DNA of 64,000 nucleotides, from the NCBI GenBank assembly GCA_026026165.1, contig JAPEUD010000028.1, forward strand, positions 186,001-250,000. Direction: 5' to 3'. Shown in pieces: positions 25,865-39,226 of the stretch. Under the pieces are notes generated by a model. That model did no database searches, was not told where the DNA came from, and worked only from the letters and a program-made list of their open reading frames with translations. The stretch is from Sarea resinae. Taxonomy: Eukaryota. The position numbers and the translations under genes were made by a program. Each line of letters starts with the position of its first letter. Within the stretch, counting starts at the first letter, position 1.

Positions 25865-28087
25865 GTCGAGTGCTGGTCAGTCAACGAATGGGGGACTTTC
25901 AGCTGCTCCACCGAGTTTTCATCAAGGCCAACAGTTTTCGAGCAATGGCATTCTTCATTCATGCCGTGACGCCTGATATGTGGAGTCTCCACTGGCAAGA
26001 AGAATGAGGTCGCGACAGGCGGCAATTTGGACAATCGACTCCTCACCTGGCGGAAACAGTGAGGAGTGCGTGGACTTCATAACGGTCACAGTCCGTTGAC
26101 GCCGTGTAACAAATTGGTAGCTGCAGCTATTATCGTGATAGGTCTCCTTGCGTCGAGTCGTGTGCCGAATGCGCAGCGAATGAGCAGCGCCTGGAGCGAC
26201 GAATGAGAGTGGAGACGGCGACGTGCCGCTGGGGGGTTTTGTGAGATAAGGTAAGCCCTACTCTCCCGGCACGGCGTAACGAGCGTAATGACCTTCAAGG
26301 TTGTGACGACGGCCGGGCCTTGCAAGGGGCGCGGGGGGGACACGGGGAGGGCCCGGGATGTGATGGATGGATAGACTTTGTATTTGGGGCTGGAATGGGT
26401 TCAATTGCCAACGGAGAGCCTCACCGATCAGACTCGGAGCGGAATGGGCCAGATATGAAGAGATGAATGATACGCCGGACTCCGTACTCCGCACCGCGGC
26501 AGGATCATTCACTTCAAGTTGATCATTTGATATAATACGGCGTCTATCACCGCCAAGCGCGGGACAGTCCAAGCACTCGTCTCTACTCCGTACATAAGAG
26601 GGCAGGTCTGACAACTCAGATGAGGCACCTTCCTCTACGAGGGAGTAATAGGACGCAGTAGTGCATTTGACAGCTCGACTAAGACGATCTGCGATCACCA
26701 CTGCCTGCATCGGACAACCAAGCCCAAGAGAGTTGAATCTTCCTTGGCGTCGGCTGCGCCACGAAATTACTATGAGTACGGTAGGCGGCGGCGTCTCTTT
26801 CCCCTCAGCGGCATGCCGGGTCGTCCCATCTTGGATCAATTGACGACACCGAGAGAGAGAGATAAGAAGAGAGATGATGATCTTCGGATCGTCTGGAATT
26901 GCTTCTCTTGCACGCCTCGCTCCATGGTCCCGCGGACGGGAGAGTTTACCCGCGCTGAGGACATCCCGTCTTGCGTACGCTGTACAGTACTTTCTGTACT
27001 TTACAGAGGACGACTACTCCGATACTCGACCATCTCCACTTTTAGCCCTGGCTGCCCATCACCTTCCCTTCGGGAACGCACTTGCGCTCGCGTCTCGCTC
27101 GATCTAGCCATCTTCCATCGTCGGGGCCCTCTTGGTCTTCGTCAGTCCTCCGGGCGAGGAACGCTATGAGTACATCACGGTACTAGGAGTACCTAGTAGG
27201 GAGGGGCCTCGCCGTGCCTTGCATGCTCCATATTGCTTGGCCTCTTACCTTGCCTCGACGGGACAAGTCAGGGCGACGGACGTACCAATGCGAGTTCTTC
27301 CATCTACGTAGTAGATGACTTCCTCTTGGAGATGGGCTGGGATTGCGAGACGACAGACCATGAGGTACTACAACTACTACTATTACGGAGTATACATAGT
27401 AGTACGACGGCTCTTATCGGAGCTCGCCTGAGATACTACTCATAGTACTGACACTATTGATGTTCAACTTGGACCCTGGCACGCGTGCACTACGGAGTAA
27501 CTTCGTACCGGGTGCCCTCCACGCTCCCCGTTCAGGCTGTTCAGGCTGTTCAGGGTATTCATGTTCGGGGACCAGATGGAAGTTCCCATCGGCTTGTGGC
27601 TTGTCTCTTTCGCTTCGAGACCTCTACCGGGCAGGTGCGTGCGGACGGTGCTCTTGTTGTCGTTGAGATGGCGGGAATCCGTCGAGCTCCAGCTGCTGCA
27701 ATCGTTCCAATGCCAAGTCGCCCTCTCCCACGTGGCATCACCTTCTCGACCTTCTACTTCAGACTCGACATGAGAGTGACGACGTGACCATGTCGATCCG
27801 GCCATTACGTCGGGCGACCTGCTCTTCTCCACGCATTTCTCTCGCGGTATGCTTTCCCATGGTCGCTCCTGCCCATCTGATTGGTCCTTCTCCGCGTGTC
27901 CAATGTTCCAGGCCGACGACATTGTCCAGGATGAAGCCCTCCGCTGTATCTGCTGCATCTGCCGCACCAACAATTAATTGCCATCGTGCGCGTCTTAAGA
28001 GCAGCCGTCGCGCACGATGGCATTGCTGAATCTCGGTGCCTGTCGATCTATCGCGATACAAGATCTCATCCATTATCGACCTCGAGA

Positions 28088-30373
28088 ATGGTCGTCATTC
28101 GGTTGCTGCTCGCGGCCGTGTCACTTCCGTCCGTCGTCTCGGCGAGAGTCAGTTCGACCCCTCAAGCTTTGAACTCGACGCCTTATAACCTCGTTCCCGA
28201 CGTCGGTGGGCCTACGTTGTATTACAATGGATCCGGCCCCGTTCCTGGCTATAATGTGACATCTCCCGTCCCAGCTCCTCTTGCGCTGGCGAGGTAAGTG
28301 CACAATCGCCCGCCATGAAGCCGCCAAATCAAGGCTGATTTTCTCCAGCACCTCTGAGATTGAGGATGACTTTTACAATCAGATCATCGCGGTGTCTCAG
28401 GATAGCAACTTTGCCACCAATTGCACGAAATGCATAGCGGCCACTCAGATTCTGCATCTCGCAGCTCTGACCCAGCCCGTCGGTACCATTTCGGATCTGT
28501 TGATTCGGCTCTGCAACTCTATACCCGCGTTCCAAAGCACTATTTACGCGGCGACGTGCGAAGCGGAGTTCCTTGGGGTTGGAGGTCAGGGACCATACTA
28601 TGCCCAGCTGCTGGCTAAGATGTCCCTCGCGACTGGGGATTTCCAAGCCGTCTGCAGTTATCAATTCGACGGTGCGTCTCAGGGCTAGAATCTCGAACGT
28701 CCGCTGATGAGTATAGTCTGCGATGCTCCTCCAGTCGTGGAGATTGATGAGGGCCAATGGTTTGCTCCTAAGCCTGCGAACAAAACGGCCGCTCCCGCCC
28801 CATCAGGTATGTGAATCTAGCGATTGACATTTCACGTCTCACACTCTGCAGGAGAGACGTTTAAAGTTCTACATCTTTCCGATTGGCATCTAGATCCACG
28901 GTAGGTGCTGGTCTTCTCAATGCCATACCTCGGCTCATGTCAATAGCTATGACGTCGGCTCCGAAGCAAACTGCTCCCAATACCTATGTTGCCGTCCGTA
29001 TAGCACAAACACCAAGCTTGACACGGTGGCGGCCAATGCTTCTGTGCCTGCATCCCGATTTGGATACTTGTACTGTGATTCTCCTCCGGATCTAGCACTT
29101 TCGGTCTTCTCGACAATGCCCCAATTCGTAAATCTCTCAGACGTCACCTTTGCTCTTTTCACAGGAGACATCGTCAGCCACGACAATGATGACCAGATAT
29201 CAAGAGCGTAAGAGTTCCGATGCTCGGATTTAGCCATGCACTGACCGGAATAGATATGTCGAGTACGAGGAGAGAGTGACATATGCGACGTTCAAGAACG
29301 AGCTTGGAAATATTGTAAGTCCATTCCCAGAAGTTCTTAGATTTGGCTGACGCTGGTAGCCCATCTACCCAACACTCGGAAATCATGATAGCCTTCCAGA
29401 AGCTTACAACACACCCAACAGCTTCACTAACGGCTCAGGTTCATCGAATATCTTCTCCTGGAACTATGAACTCCTGTCCTCGTTATGGCAGCAAGACGGC
29501 TGGATCAATGCCTCTACTGCCTCGTATGCCTCGCAGCACTATGGCGCTTACGCAACCACGACGCCTCAGGGTCTCAAGATTGTCTCTCTGAATACGGATT
29601 TTTGGTATCAAGCGAACATCTTTAACTTTGCAAACTATACCAATCCCGATCAAAGCGGCATCTTTGCATATCTCATCTCGGAGTTGGAGGCTTCGGAGCA
29701 GGCCGATCAGAGGGTATGGATCATCGGCCACGTTCCGTCTGGCTATGGTCCAGGCAACGCTCTTCCTAACCCCACCGCTTTATTTTATTCGATCGTCAGA
29801 AGATTTTCGCCAGCCACGATTGCCGGAGTATTCTTAGGGCACACGCATGAAGATCAACTCATGATCTATTACGACTATGCTACTTCCAGTCTCTCGAATT
29901 CTTCGTCCATGCGCAACACGACTGACGTCGACTATACTGCTCCCCTGACAGTCGGCTATATCGGACCGAGCATCACGCCTCTGACGGGCAACAACGCCGG
30001 ATGGCAGCTTTACACCATCGACAGCAAGACTTTTGAAGTGGTCGATATTCAGACGTACTTTGCCAATGTCTCTGCGTCCAACACGTGGACCACTCCGGTC
30101 TGGGAATTTGAGTACGACACGCGATCGGTGTATGACCCGACCAGCGCCTGGCCGGCGACGGCTCCACTGAACGCGACGTTCTGGCATCAGGTGACGGAGA
30201 AGATGCTCAGCAACATGTCGTTGGTGGAACAGTACAATTTCCTCGAGACCAAGAGCAGTGCGGTGACCAAGAACTGCTCGAGCCAAGCGTGCGCGGCGCA
30301 AAAGGTGTGCAACATCCGGTCGGGAAGTGCTGCCCTGGGTGCCTTGTGCGGCAGCAAGAATGGCCCTTTCTAA
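28088..30373 (+). CDS. Secreted acid sphingomyelinase-like metallophosphoesterase
   Basis: Signal peptide and saposin-like CTKC region. Calcineurin-like motifs HLSDWHLD, FTGDIVSHD, TLGNHD, IIGHVP and LGHTHED. About 6 introns. Confidence 0.92.
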
Positions 30374-30974
30374 ATGAACATGATGATGGTGATGATCTTG
30401 AGCAATGAAATATGTGATGAATACACGTATATACTGTGTAGTAGATGAATGCCATATAGATTCCCATGTTGTTGATGTTGATGGGATGACGATGCTCCCA
30501 TCGAGTAGCTAAGCGAGAAGCCGCAAACTTGGACGGACCCTGGCCGGGACGGGCCCCTCGTTAGACTGCTCGTTAGTCTGCCAGCCCCGCGATTAATCTT
30601 GCTCTTGCTTATCGGGCCCCAAGTGCGCAACAAGAACAAGATGGATGCCGTGGAGTGCTCCCAGCCTCCACCATGTCGAGTCTGTCCCACCCCCTCTTTA
30701 ATACCTTGGCTGTCCGCCCCGCGAAGAGCAGAAGAATGGACACGCTCTCCTCTGCAGCTGCATTCTTCTCCATTCGTGCATCGTGTCGTCGATCGCTCCC
30801 GGTGACTTCATTCGATTGAAACGAGTGCGCTGTCATTGGGCTGCCCATTTGCATCGCCTGGCAGATTGGGTTCACGACAAGGGAAGCAATATCTTCACCG
30901 CCCTCCATCCGGCTTCCTGACCTACTCCCTCATCTTCCGCAATCTCTGCCCTCATCAACCCTCACACAAACACC

Positions 30975-31661
30975 ATGCTCTCGGGCGCGCTCTTCGGCTT
31001 CTGGCGGATCATGGAACTCCTGACCGTGATCCCCACCCTCGGCATGCTCGCCTGGTTCGTCCACGGCTTCCAGGCCTCGAACCAACTGACGCCGGCGTCC
31101 ATCCTGACGCTCTTCATCGTGTCGGTGCTCGCGGCCGCCTGGGCGCTGGCGACGCTCTTCCGCTACAAATCCACCAAGTCGTCGGCGCACTTTGTCGCCT
31201 TTATCGACCTCTGCTTCGTCGGCGCCTTCATCGCCGCCGTCTACGAGCTGCGCGGCATCGGCAAGGCCAACTGCTCCCACTTCTCCGCCGGCGGCTTCTA
31301 CGTCTCGCTGGGCCCGTTTGGCTATTTTGGCCGCCAGTCCGGCAGTCCCTGGGCCGTCGACGTCAACAAGACGTGTGCGATGCTCAAGGCGAGCTGGGTC
31401 TTTGGCATCATGAACTGCATCTTCTTCTTCCTGACCAGTCTCCTGGTGAGTTTCTCTTTTTTTTTCTCTTCCACAGTGCTAATCCGTCTGGTCGCAACCA
31501 TCCAGGCCCTGCTCATCCACCGCCACGTCAAAGACGACGTCACCGTCAAGGAAACACACTACACGCGCCGCCGGCGCTCGCACTCGGGCCGAAGCGAAGG
31601 AGGTGGCAGCCGACGGCATAGCAGCCGCAGCCGTAGCCGACGCGATCCATACTACGTCTAG
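30975..31661 (+). CDS. Four-TM membrane protein (MARVEL-like)
   Basis: Four hydrophobic segments, a CAMLKASWVFGI segment and an Arg/Ser-rich tail. In-frame 60-nt intron at 31446-31505. Confidence 0.8.
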   Translation: MLSGALFGFWRIMELLTVIPTLGMLAWFVHGFQASNQLTPASILTLFIVSVLAAAWALATLFRYKSTKSSAHFVAFIDLCFVGAFIAAVYELRGIGKANCSHFSAGGFYVSLGPFGYFGRQSGSPWAVDVNKTCAMLKASWVFGIMNCIFFFLTSLLVSFSFFFSSTVLIRLVATIQALLIHRHVKDDVTVKETHYTRRRRSHSGRSEGGGSRRHSSRSRSRRDPYYV

Positions 31662-32240
31662 TCGGGCCTATGGCCGAAGAAACTCGCGCATCAACCCCGC
31701 TGTCCTGCCTCTGTCCGTCCATTTTACGAAAAGGAACCAGGCAATTCAATCCGTTTCGATTCGGGGATCGGACCGGGACCGGGATCGGGGCACGGGGATC
31801 TTACAAACGTGGATATCAATTCGGGCGTGTCTGGCATTCTCATTCCCTCGGGGGCGTTTTCTTGTCATATTGATTTTTTTTTTGGCTTTTCTTTCTCTTT
31901 CTCTTGATCATCTTGGCTTGGTTGGTTTTGGATCCTGGAACTCTGACGGCGACGGATCGGAATGGAATGAAACGGAACGGATATATATATATATATGGGT
32001 TTGGTCGAGGATGACTATGACCATGGTTATGGGTTACGGATTACGAAATACTGCATAGATGGACGGATTGAGGGATGGATGAATGAACGGATGGCTGGAT
32101 GGACGACTGACTGACTGCTCGACATGGCGGATCCGATATCGAATCATTCGGATGAAGTGGAATCCATTGTGATGGACACGGAGGCCTCGAATCTCTCGCC
32201 TGCGATTATATGATATGATATGATATGAGAGACTAGGCTA

Positions 32241-32283
32241 CTTACCTACTTACCTACCTACCTACCTACCTACCTACCTACCT
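32241..32283. repeat. (CTAC)n microsatellite
   Basis: Direct reading of the sequence. Confidence 0.9.
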
Positions 32284-32867
32284 AAGGCTACGTAAGGCTA
32301 CCTATCTTATCTTCGGAGTCGTCATGATTGATTCATAGATCGAACACGATGTGCTATTGTTATTGCTTTGCTATGATTCCACAAAAAGGGCTCTCCACAG
32401 TCTTCTCCTCCTAGCTACTTACACCACCACCTGTGATTCCTTCCACCCGTTGTACTGAAGACACTCGGGAGACCTGATATGAATATCTCTTGCGGTGCGG
32501 TGCGGTGCAGGGCAATGCAGTGCGAGCATCTCCCTATCTCCGCCTCGGCCGCATCCCTACGTAACCCTCGGATCTTCCACGGCCGTCAGTCTCGACCGGC
32601 CTTGTCTAGAGACCGCCGCCAGTGCTGATGGGTAATCGTCCTTCCTTCCTTCCTGGCTACCTACCCCTTTTTCTCTTCCCCCTGCCGGCACCGTCTCTGG
32701 TTGGTATCGCTGTTCAGAGACCTGGAGGCCAAGGCTAGGCTAGGTAGGTAGGTAGAGGGGTCGAGGGGGGTCTGGCTTGAAAGAAGGGAGGGAGAGAGGG
32801 AGGGAGGGTATCGAGGGCGGAGTTGACGGTTGGGCTGGGAGTTGTTGTGTGTGCTGTTTGTACTCGT

Positions 32868-32890
32868 CTGTGTGTGTGTGTGTGTGTGTG
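32868..32890. repeat. (TG)n microsatellite
   Basis: Direct reading of the sequence. Confidence 0.9.
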
Positions 32891-33099
32891 GTGTTGGGAG
32901 GGGCAAGGGGAAGGTAGTCGATTCTCATGCATGAGCTGGACGGGCTCGACTCTGCCATTTTCTTTCTCCCACGCAGCGAATTGCTTCCCAGACCCGGGCT
33001 GCATTGACGAACTGGAGTACGAGGATCTCAACGAGCCCGACCACGTCCTCCTCACCCTTGACTGCGTGCGGATCTCAGCGGGACAACATCCTCGAGGTT

Positions 33100-34353
33100 T
33101 CACTTCCCGGACAGCCGGCCGATCGCTCCGATCCACCGCTCCAGCGTAGAGAGGATCTCCAGGTTATTCTTCTCCATGAAGAAAAGGTGGCCGTTGCCCA
33201 AGATCCCCTCGCGAGCCAGCTCAAGATGGGTGACATCCTCCACGCCGACGTACCTCAAGAAGGCAACGGTGTCGCGATCGTACACGACGTGATAGCTGCT
33301 CTGGCCCGTGACGACAAGAATCGGGACATGTCGCAGGTTGACCAGTATGATCGCAGGCTTCTTCTCATCTTCCACCGGCTTCTTTCGCCCTCTGCATATC
33401 TCGTAGAAATCCGCCTCGAACGCGTGCCCCAGCGGCTTGTCAGAAGACGACGCGTCGTCGTCGACGGGCCGGTCGAACGTCAGCGGGATATCCGTCAGCC
33501 CGTACTTGCGCGTCGCGCCCGTGCGGAGGATCCGGTCGCAGAAGGGCGGCCCCAACGGCTCCAGCGCCACGATGCCCTTGACCAGGTCCGGACGCGCGTC
33601 GGCCCATAGCCAGCCCATGGGCGCTCCGCGCGAGTGCGTGATCAGGATGGCGGCGCCGATGCGGTCGAAAAGGGCCGCACCCGCCGCTTGCATTGTGTGT
33701 TGCTGCGTGACGGTCGGGTGGAAGACGGGCGTCGTAGAGGCGTAGTAGGCGTCGAATGTCGGGTCGCCCATCTTGCCCGTCTAGAAGAGGAATTAGCAAG
33801 GAGAGAAGGGGCAAGGACGGAAGGCAGACCTACCCCGGGCCATTGCGTGTGTAGACTGGCTTCAGGCCAGAGCCCGTATTCGCCGGTCGCCGTGAAGAAT
33901 CTCTGGACCGACTCCGCCGAGAGTTGCTGTTGCGGGGTGGTGGGCGCGTATCCTGCCGTTCCCGAGCGCCCGCGGGCGGTAAAGTCGATGATGTAGACGG
34001 CGTAGCCGTGACGCGTTAGCCACGAGGCCCAGCCTTCGCGGCCATCGGGCGTATTGAGCCAATTCTGCGAGACGAGAAAGACACGAGTCAGTCAGCTTCT
34101 GAGATGATCACGGTGGGAAAGAGTGACGTGCGGTCCCAGTCTGGCCTTGTCCGTGAACCAGCACGAGAGGATAGGGCCGTGTCGGATGGGAGTCGACCGC
34201 GGCGGCAACAGGCGTCAATTGTTCCACGTACATCTGGTCCTGGAAGATGTGCTCGCCTTTGCCGGTGCCATCGTCGCTGTAGCGCCCGCCTACATAGAAG
34301 TAGCTTCGTTGATGCGAGGGCGCAGATTCGGGAGGAGCTGGCAGGTTCGCCAT
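33100..34353 (-). CDS. Alpha/beta hydrolase (THSxG nucleophile type)
   Basis: YFYVGGRY...[62 protein letters not shown]. Two introns, the first GC-AG. Confidence 0.88.
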
Positions 34354-34374
34354 ATCGGCGATGATGTTTGGCTT

Positions 34375-34400
34375 GTTGTTGTTGTTGTTGTTGTTGTTGT
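34375..34400. repeat. (GTT)n microsatellite
   Basis: Direct reading; lies ~20 bp upstream of the hydrolase ATG. Confidence 0.9.
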
Positions 34401-34664
34401 CTTGTCGATGATGTTACGTGAACCCTGAAACTGTACTCCTCACTCCTGTTGACGCTTGTTTGAAATGACCTACTCCTACGACGCACTACTTCGCTATCCA
34501 TACGGACCCTGAACTTGACTTCTTCTCGCTATCCTATGACTGCGGAATATGCTGGTGACCCATCAACGCCGACTTTCCAAAAATCAAACACGCCTGTACC
34601 TGATGCATCACTTGATCCGAAGACATAGAACATGACCCACCACGAACGTCTAGTCCACTTCCCT

Positions 34665-36624
34665 TCAAGGCTGCGGCGAGCCGCCCCTTACTGGCACGTA
34701 TTCATTCCAACTGACCCAAATATCAGTGCCAGGTTCTCTGCGCCGGCAATCGAGAATCAGCGTGGTCTGGTCCTCGGTCAGCTCTCCCTCCACGCCACCT
34801 ATCCGAGCACTTTCGGGCAGCTCGGCGGCCTCTTTGATGCCCTCATAACCCCTCTCTTCCACCTTCACGACCGCTGCCACGAACCTGCCCATGACAAAGC
34901 TATCGAAAAGGCCTTCGCGGCGACGTTTCGAAAGCAAGAGCTCAACAGCTCGGTGTCGGGTAGGGGGATCTCGGCATTTCAATGCAGTGTAGAAAACACA
35001 TGCTAGAGGGCCCATGTCCATTTGAAAGCTCCTCGGATTCTCCGCGCTGTTGACTATATTTTCGGCGAGCGATAGCATCGTCTTGAACTCAAGATTATGT
35101 TGGTCCGTGGTCATCTGTACCCCACCATCAAGACAGTGGCTCAGCATCACGAACAAATTTAAATACTTCAGGCGGAGGAAGTCAGCCAGGAGTAGTTCTT
35201 TCGAGGTCAGGTGTCTGCTCGAATGCTGGAGGAAATTATTATATGCAGCGAGCCAGCCGGTGAAACGAGAGAGTTGTCTGTCGCGCTCGAGTTGTCTTTG
35301 GGGGTCTACATGATCCTGCTCTTCGAGGCCTAGCATCATTCTCGTGTTAAAAGATCGAAGAGCACAGTTGATATGCTCTGCCAGATACCGTTGAGCCTCC
35401 ACCAGACTCGTGAACGACTCGGGGATCTGGTCTTCTTCTACCCAAGTCGGGCTCGCGACTGTGATGGGACCTAGTAATGATTTTGATCCGATCATGACTC
35501 GATCTGGGTTCTGAACAGAAAGCGGGCCAAGTAGTGTCTTTGATCCGCACATGGTTGACTGTATGTCGAGACGAGCAAATAAATCGAGAAGATCCTCTTC
35601 CACGGAACTAGGTTTCAGCGTGGAGATGACGACCATGTTCGTGTCCGTGCCCGTGTCCGCGTCCACGTCCGCCTTCGCTGCTCTGCCACGCGATAGCATC
35701 TCGAGCAATATCTTCACCCCGCTTCGCAGATGAGCTGATGCGTCATCTATACGACGTCGAAGAAATTCGAAGCAGATGAACAGGAAACAAGTCACCAAGG
35801 CAATGACGGCGGAATTCCGGTCTTGCTTACGCAGTCGCGAATACAGATGGTAGACAGCCGCATGGTGTTGCTGTAGACAAAAGCGGTAGCTCGGGTCTGT
35901 CATATCTTCGATCACGGCCGTTTCGAATGCCATGTCGCTCTTCTCCTGCCGCTCGTGGAGGGAGCCCACGGCAATGACAGCATGATGTATTGCTGGCTCC
36001 GAGTGACTTAATTGCAACAGCAAGTACGACCATAGATCTGACTGGAACAAGCCCGGTAGCTCGACCCTGGTTCGGAGGCGGAAGAAATCATAGCCTCGAG
36101 ATTCGACGCTATCTTGTAAGAGGATATGCGTCGATGGCCGAGTCGCTATCAGACTCTTTCCAGTATACGCTTGACACAGGGCCTGACGACGAGACAGCAG
36201 TGATGATGATGCCGGTGGTGGTGGTGGTTGACGGACGGAATCGGACGATGCTGTAGATACGTCTCGGTCGCCATTGCTCTTCACATGAGGAAAGATGGGA
36301 CGCTGATTGTGGGATGAGGAGATCTTGTGGGTCGTGTCATATCCACTGCATTTCCGACCGGTCGAAACACATCTCTGACACTCGGGCTTCTGCTCGTCGC
36401 ACTTGACTCGACGGGTCCTACAGAAAGGACAGAGGTCGACATTGGTCAGCATGGAGGCTTGGAATGGAAGTCGCACTGGCAGATTACGCGATCGCTGCAG
36501 AGCGCCGCCGACCGAGGGGACGGGTCTGGCACCACCACCACCGATTCACTTACTTGCAGGTACGACATCCCGTCCGCGTCTTGGGCTTGCTAGCCCGCGT
36601 CCTTCGATCTTTGCTGGCCATCAT
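34665..36624 (-). CDS. Zn(II)2Cys6 transcription factor
   Basis: TRTGCRTCK|TRRVKCDEQKPECQRCVSTGRKCSGY across intron 36418-36553. Middle region SEPAIHHAVIAVGSLHE; C-terminal CRDPPTRHRAVELL...RREGLFDS. Confidence 0.93.
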
Positions 36625-37598
36625 GATGCTCGAGAAGTCATATATGCGTTCTTGGAGTGATGAGCAAGAGGAGCCCGATCACCATCCAACCCTCCTCGAC
36701 CTCCACCGAAGGGCGAGAGGGTCATATACTTTGGATGAGGTTTAGTAACGTTTTAGTAACGAATGGCCGACGGGGGGATAGGGAATACGGGGAATACGGA
36801 AAACGGCGCAGCCATACCTCGACCCTCGATTTTCGACCGTCGACCCACGACCCCAGACCCTCGACATGGGGAACTAACGACGGTACAGTTAGCACTTCTC
36901 GCTATTTTGGGGGTTTCCAACATCTCCAACACGCACACACAGACTTTACTGTGCCTTTACCGTAGTCGTCCAAGGCGTCCCTCTCCAGAAGCAGTAGTAC
37001 TCCATGGTATTCGGTGCAGACGCGCGTGGACGCGCGTGGAGACCGCGTAACCCTTCTCAAGAACGGGCATTCTCATCGTGCGTCGACATGGCGAGAACGA
37101 GAACACCCACGTCACGCTCCAGCTATGATGAATGGATGTTAACCTCAGCTACTACCCATCGATCTCACCTGTCGACCGTAGAGTACTCCGAGTATGCTCT
37201 CGAGGGCTGAAGGTATCATTGATCACTGATCACTGATGACGGCACTCTTCGCCCTGGTTTCGGACCCCAATGTCAAGCACACCGCTTAGAAATCATCGCC
37301 CCACTCTACTGAAGTACTCGCTCCTCTGTATTCCTAGAGTAGGTACACCCCCCCAACGCTGCCAGGGTCGACCCTCGGCCCCTCGATGCATCGAGTAAAG
37401 TGTACGAGGAGAGTATGAAGTACTACGTAGTAGTCCTGCGGGGCAATGAATGCCCGCTGATGACCAAGGTCGGGCATAGGAGGCAATCGAGACCATGACG
37501 GCATTCCTAGTGCGAAACTCCACCACCTTATAGGTTCTATTTCAATACGATAACCGCTTGAGATCTAACATCCATCATTCATCATCTTACTGTTCGCC

Positions 37599-38767
37599 AT
37601 GGCTCCCGTTCGTGTTGGCTTCATTGGTCTCAGCGCCAAAGCTGGTTGGGCAAGTGAAACTCACATCCAGTATCTCAAGGACTCGCCGAAATATACCATT
37701 ACCGCATTGGCCAACTCGTCCGTTCAGGCTGCCCAAGATGCCATCAAGACCTACCACCTTCCTGCCTCCACCAAGGCTTATGGCTCTCCCGAAGACCTTG
37801 CCGCCGATCCCAACGTCGACCTCGTCGTCTGTTCCGTCCGAGTCGACAAACACTACGACACCATCAAGCCGTCCGTCCTTGCAGGCAAGGACTGCTTCGT
37901 CGAATGGCCGCTCGGCAAGAACCTCGAGCAGGCAGAGGAATTGACCGCGTTGGCGAATAAGAAGGGCATCAAGACCGTTATCGGCTTGCAGGGCAGGAGA
38001 AGTCCCGTCGTGGATAAGGTGAAGGAGTTGATTGCCGAGGGTAGAATCGGGAAGGTCTTGAGTACTACGCTGCACATCTCCGTTGGTTTCTTTGGAGACA
38101 CAACTCCTGAGAGCCAAAAGTACCTCAGCCTTCGAGAGTACGGCGGGAACCTTGTCACCATCATTTTCGGACACAGTGAGTCAAGTGTTATCCATCGAGG
38201 CACGATGCTAATGTCGGCGTAGTGATTGACTCGATGACTGCTACTCTTGGCGAGCTCCAATCGTTTCGCTCCACGCTCGACACCCAACGTCCAGAAATGA
38301 AGGTGGTCGGCAAGGACGGCAAAGTCACTGAAACTTTTACCAAGACAACCCACGATCAGATTGCATTGCAAGGTCACTTTACCAGTGGGGCTCTGTTGTC
38401 CCTGTACATGCGTGGTGGACCGATTTTCAAGGGCGAACCCGCTCTTGCATGGCACATCCACGGCCAGACGGGTGAGATCAAGGTGTCCCAAAGCGGCCCC
38501 TTTCTATCGATGGAGACTCCGGATTTGAAAGTTGAGGTACATGACTTCGAGACCGACAGGTTGGAAGTGATCGACTGGAGATCAGGAGTCAAGGACGCCG
38601 TCAAAGATCTACAAAACCCCGCTCAGAACGTTGGGAGGCTGTACGAGGCTTTCGCCGACGGCAATTGGGAGGGATATAAGGACTGGCAACATGCTCTTCT
38701 CAGACACAAACTGATCGATGAGGTATTCAAAAGCGCCGAAGAGGGACGGGAGGGACACTATCTGTGA
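37599..38767 (+). CDS. Gfo/Idh/MocA oxidoreductase, Gal80-like subfamily
   Basis: VGFIGLSAKAGWA..H; DVDLVV-like NVDLVVCSV; CFVEWPLG (EWP in place of EKP); IGLQGR; IIFGH. One intron at ~38176-38222. Confidence 0.88.
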
Positions 38768-39226
38768 TGCTCAAGCCTGCTCTATCCCGAGGTGTAAATA
38801 GCTATATACTTGTCCGAATGAACATGCACCGCAGAAAATCGAGGAGCCGGCTTTTGACTTGTCCTCTTTGGGGCCCGTTTTGGGTTGGTATCCAAGTGAG
38901 GTACCTTGATCAACCTTTCGGATCCGTTGTCGATAGCTAAGCTATCCTATCGAATTCCGAAACCACCGCTTCTTCTTCCAGCAATTAGTGTGACCCGTCT
39001 GTATACTTGACGTGTCGGTCGAGTGTAAACGTTTGACGAAACTGGCCCAGACTCTGCCATCGATTGGTTGACTCGCTGCAAAACGCGTCGGAAATCGGAC
39101 GATATCGGCAGGACCCGCAAAAAGGGGTCTTTGATTTCAGAACCTGATATCTAACGACCTATAGCTCGAAAATCGGTTGTTCGTTGGTCTTCTCACACGA
39201 AAGCGAGGTCGGATGGCGCAGTGCCT

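Noticed and set aside
25900..28050. Many 60-190 aa ORFs between the hypothetical gene and sphingomyelinase
   Set aside because: Overlapping on both strands without motifs; consistent with a long divergent promoter and UTR region.
2397..30373. Lipid-enzyme concentration (hydrolase, PAP2, cutinase, amidase, FAT1, sphingomyelinase) as a biosynthetic gene cluster
   Set aside because: No backbone synthase, housekeeping genes such as GPI17 are interspersed, and all are large common families. Only the cutinase/FAT1 motif link was kept.
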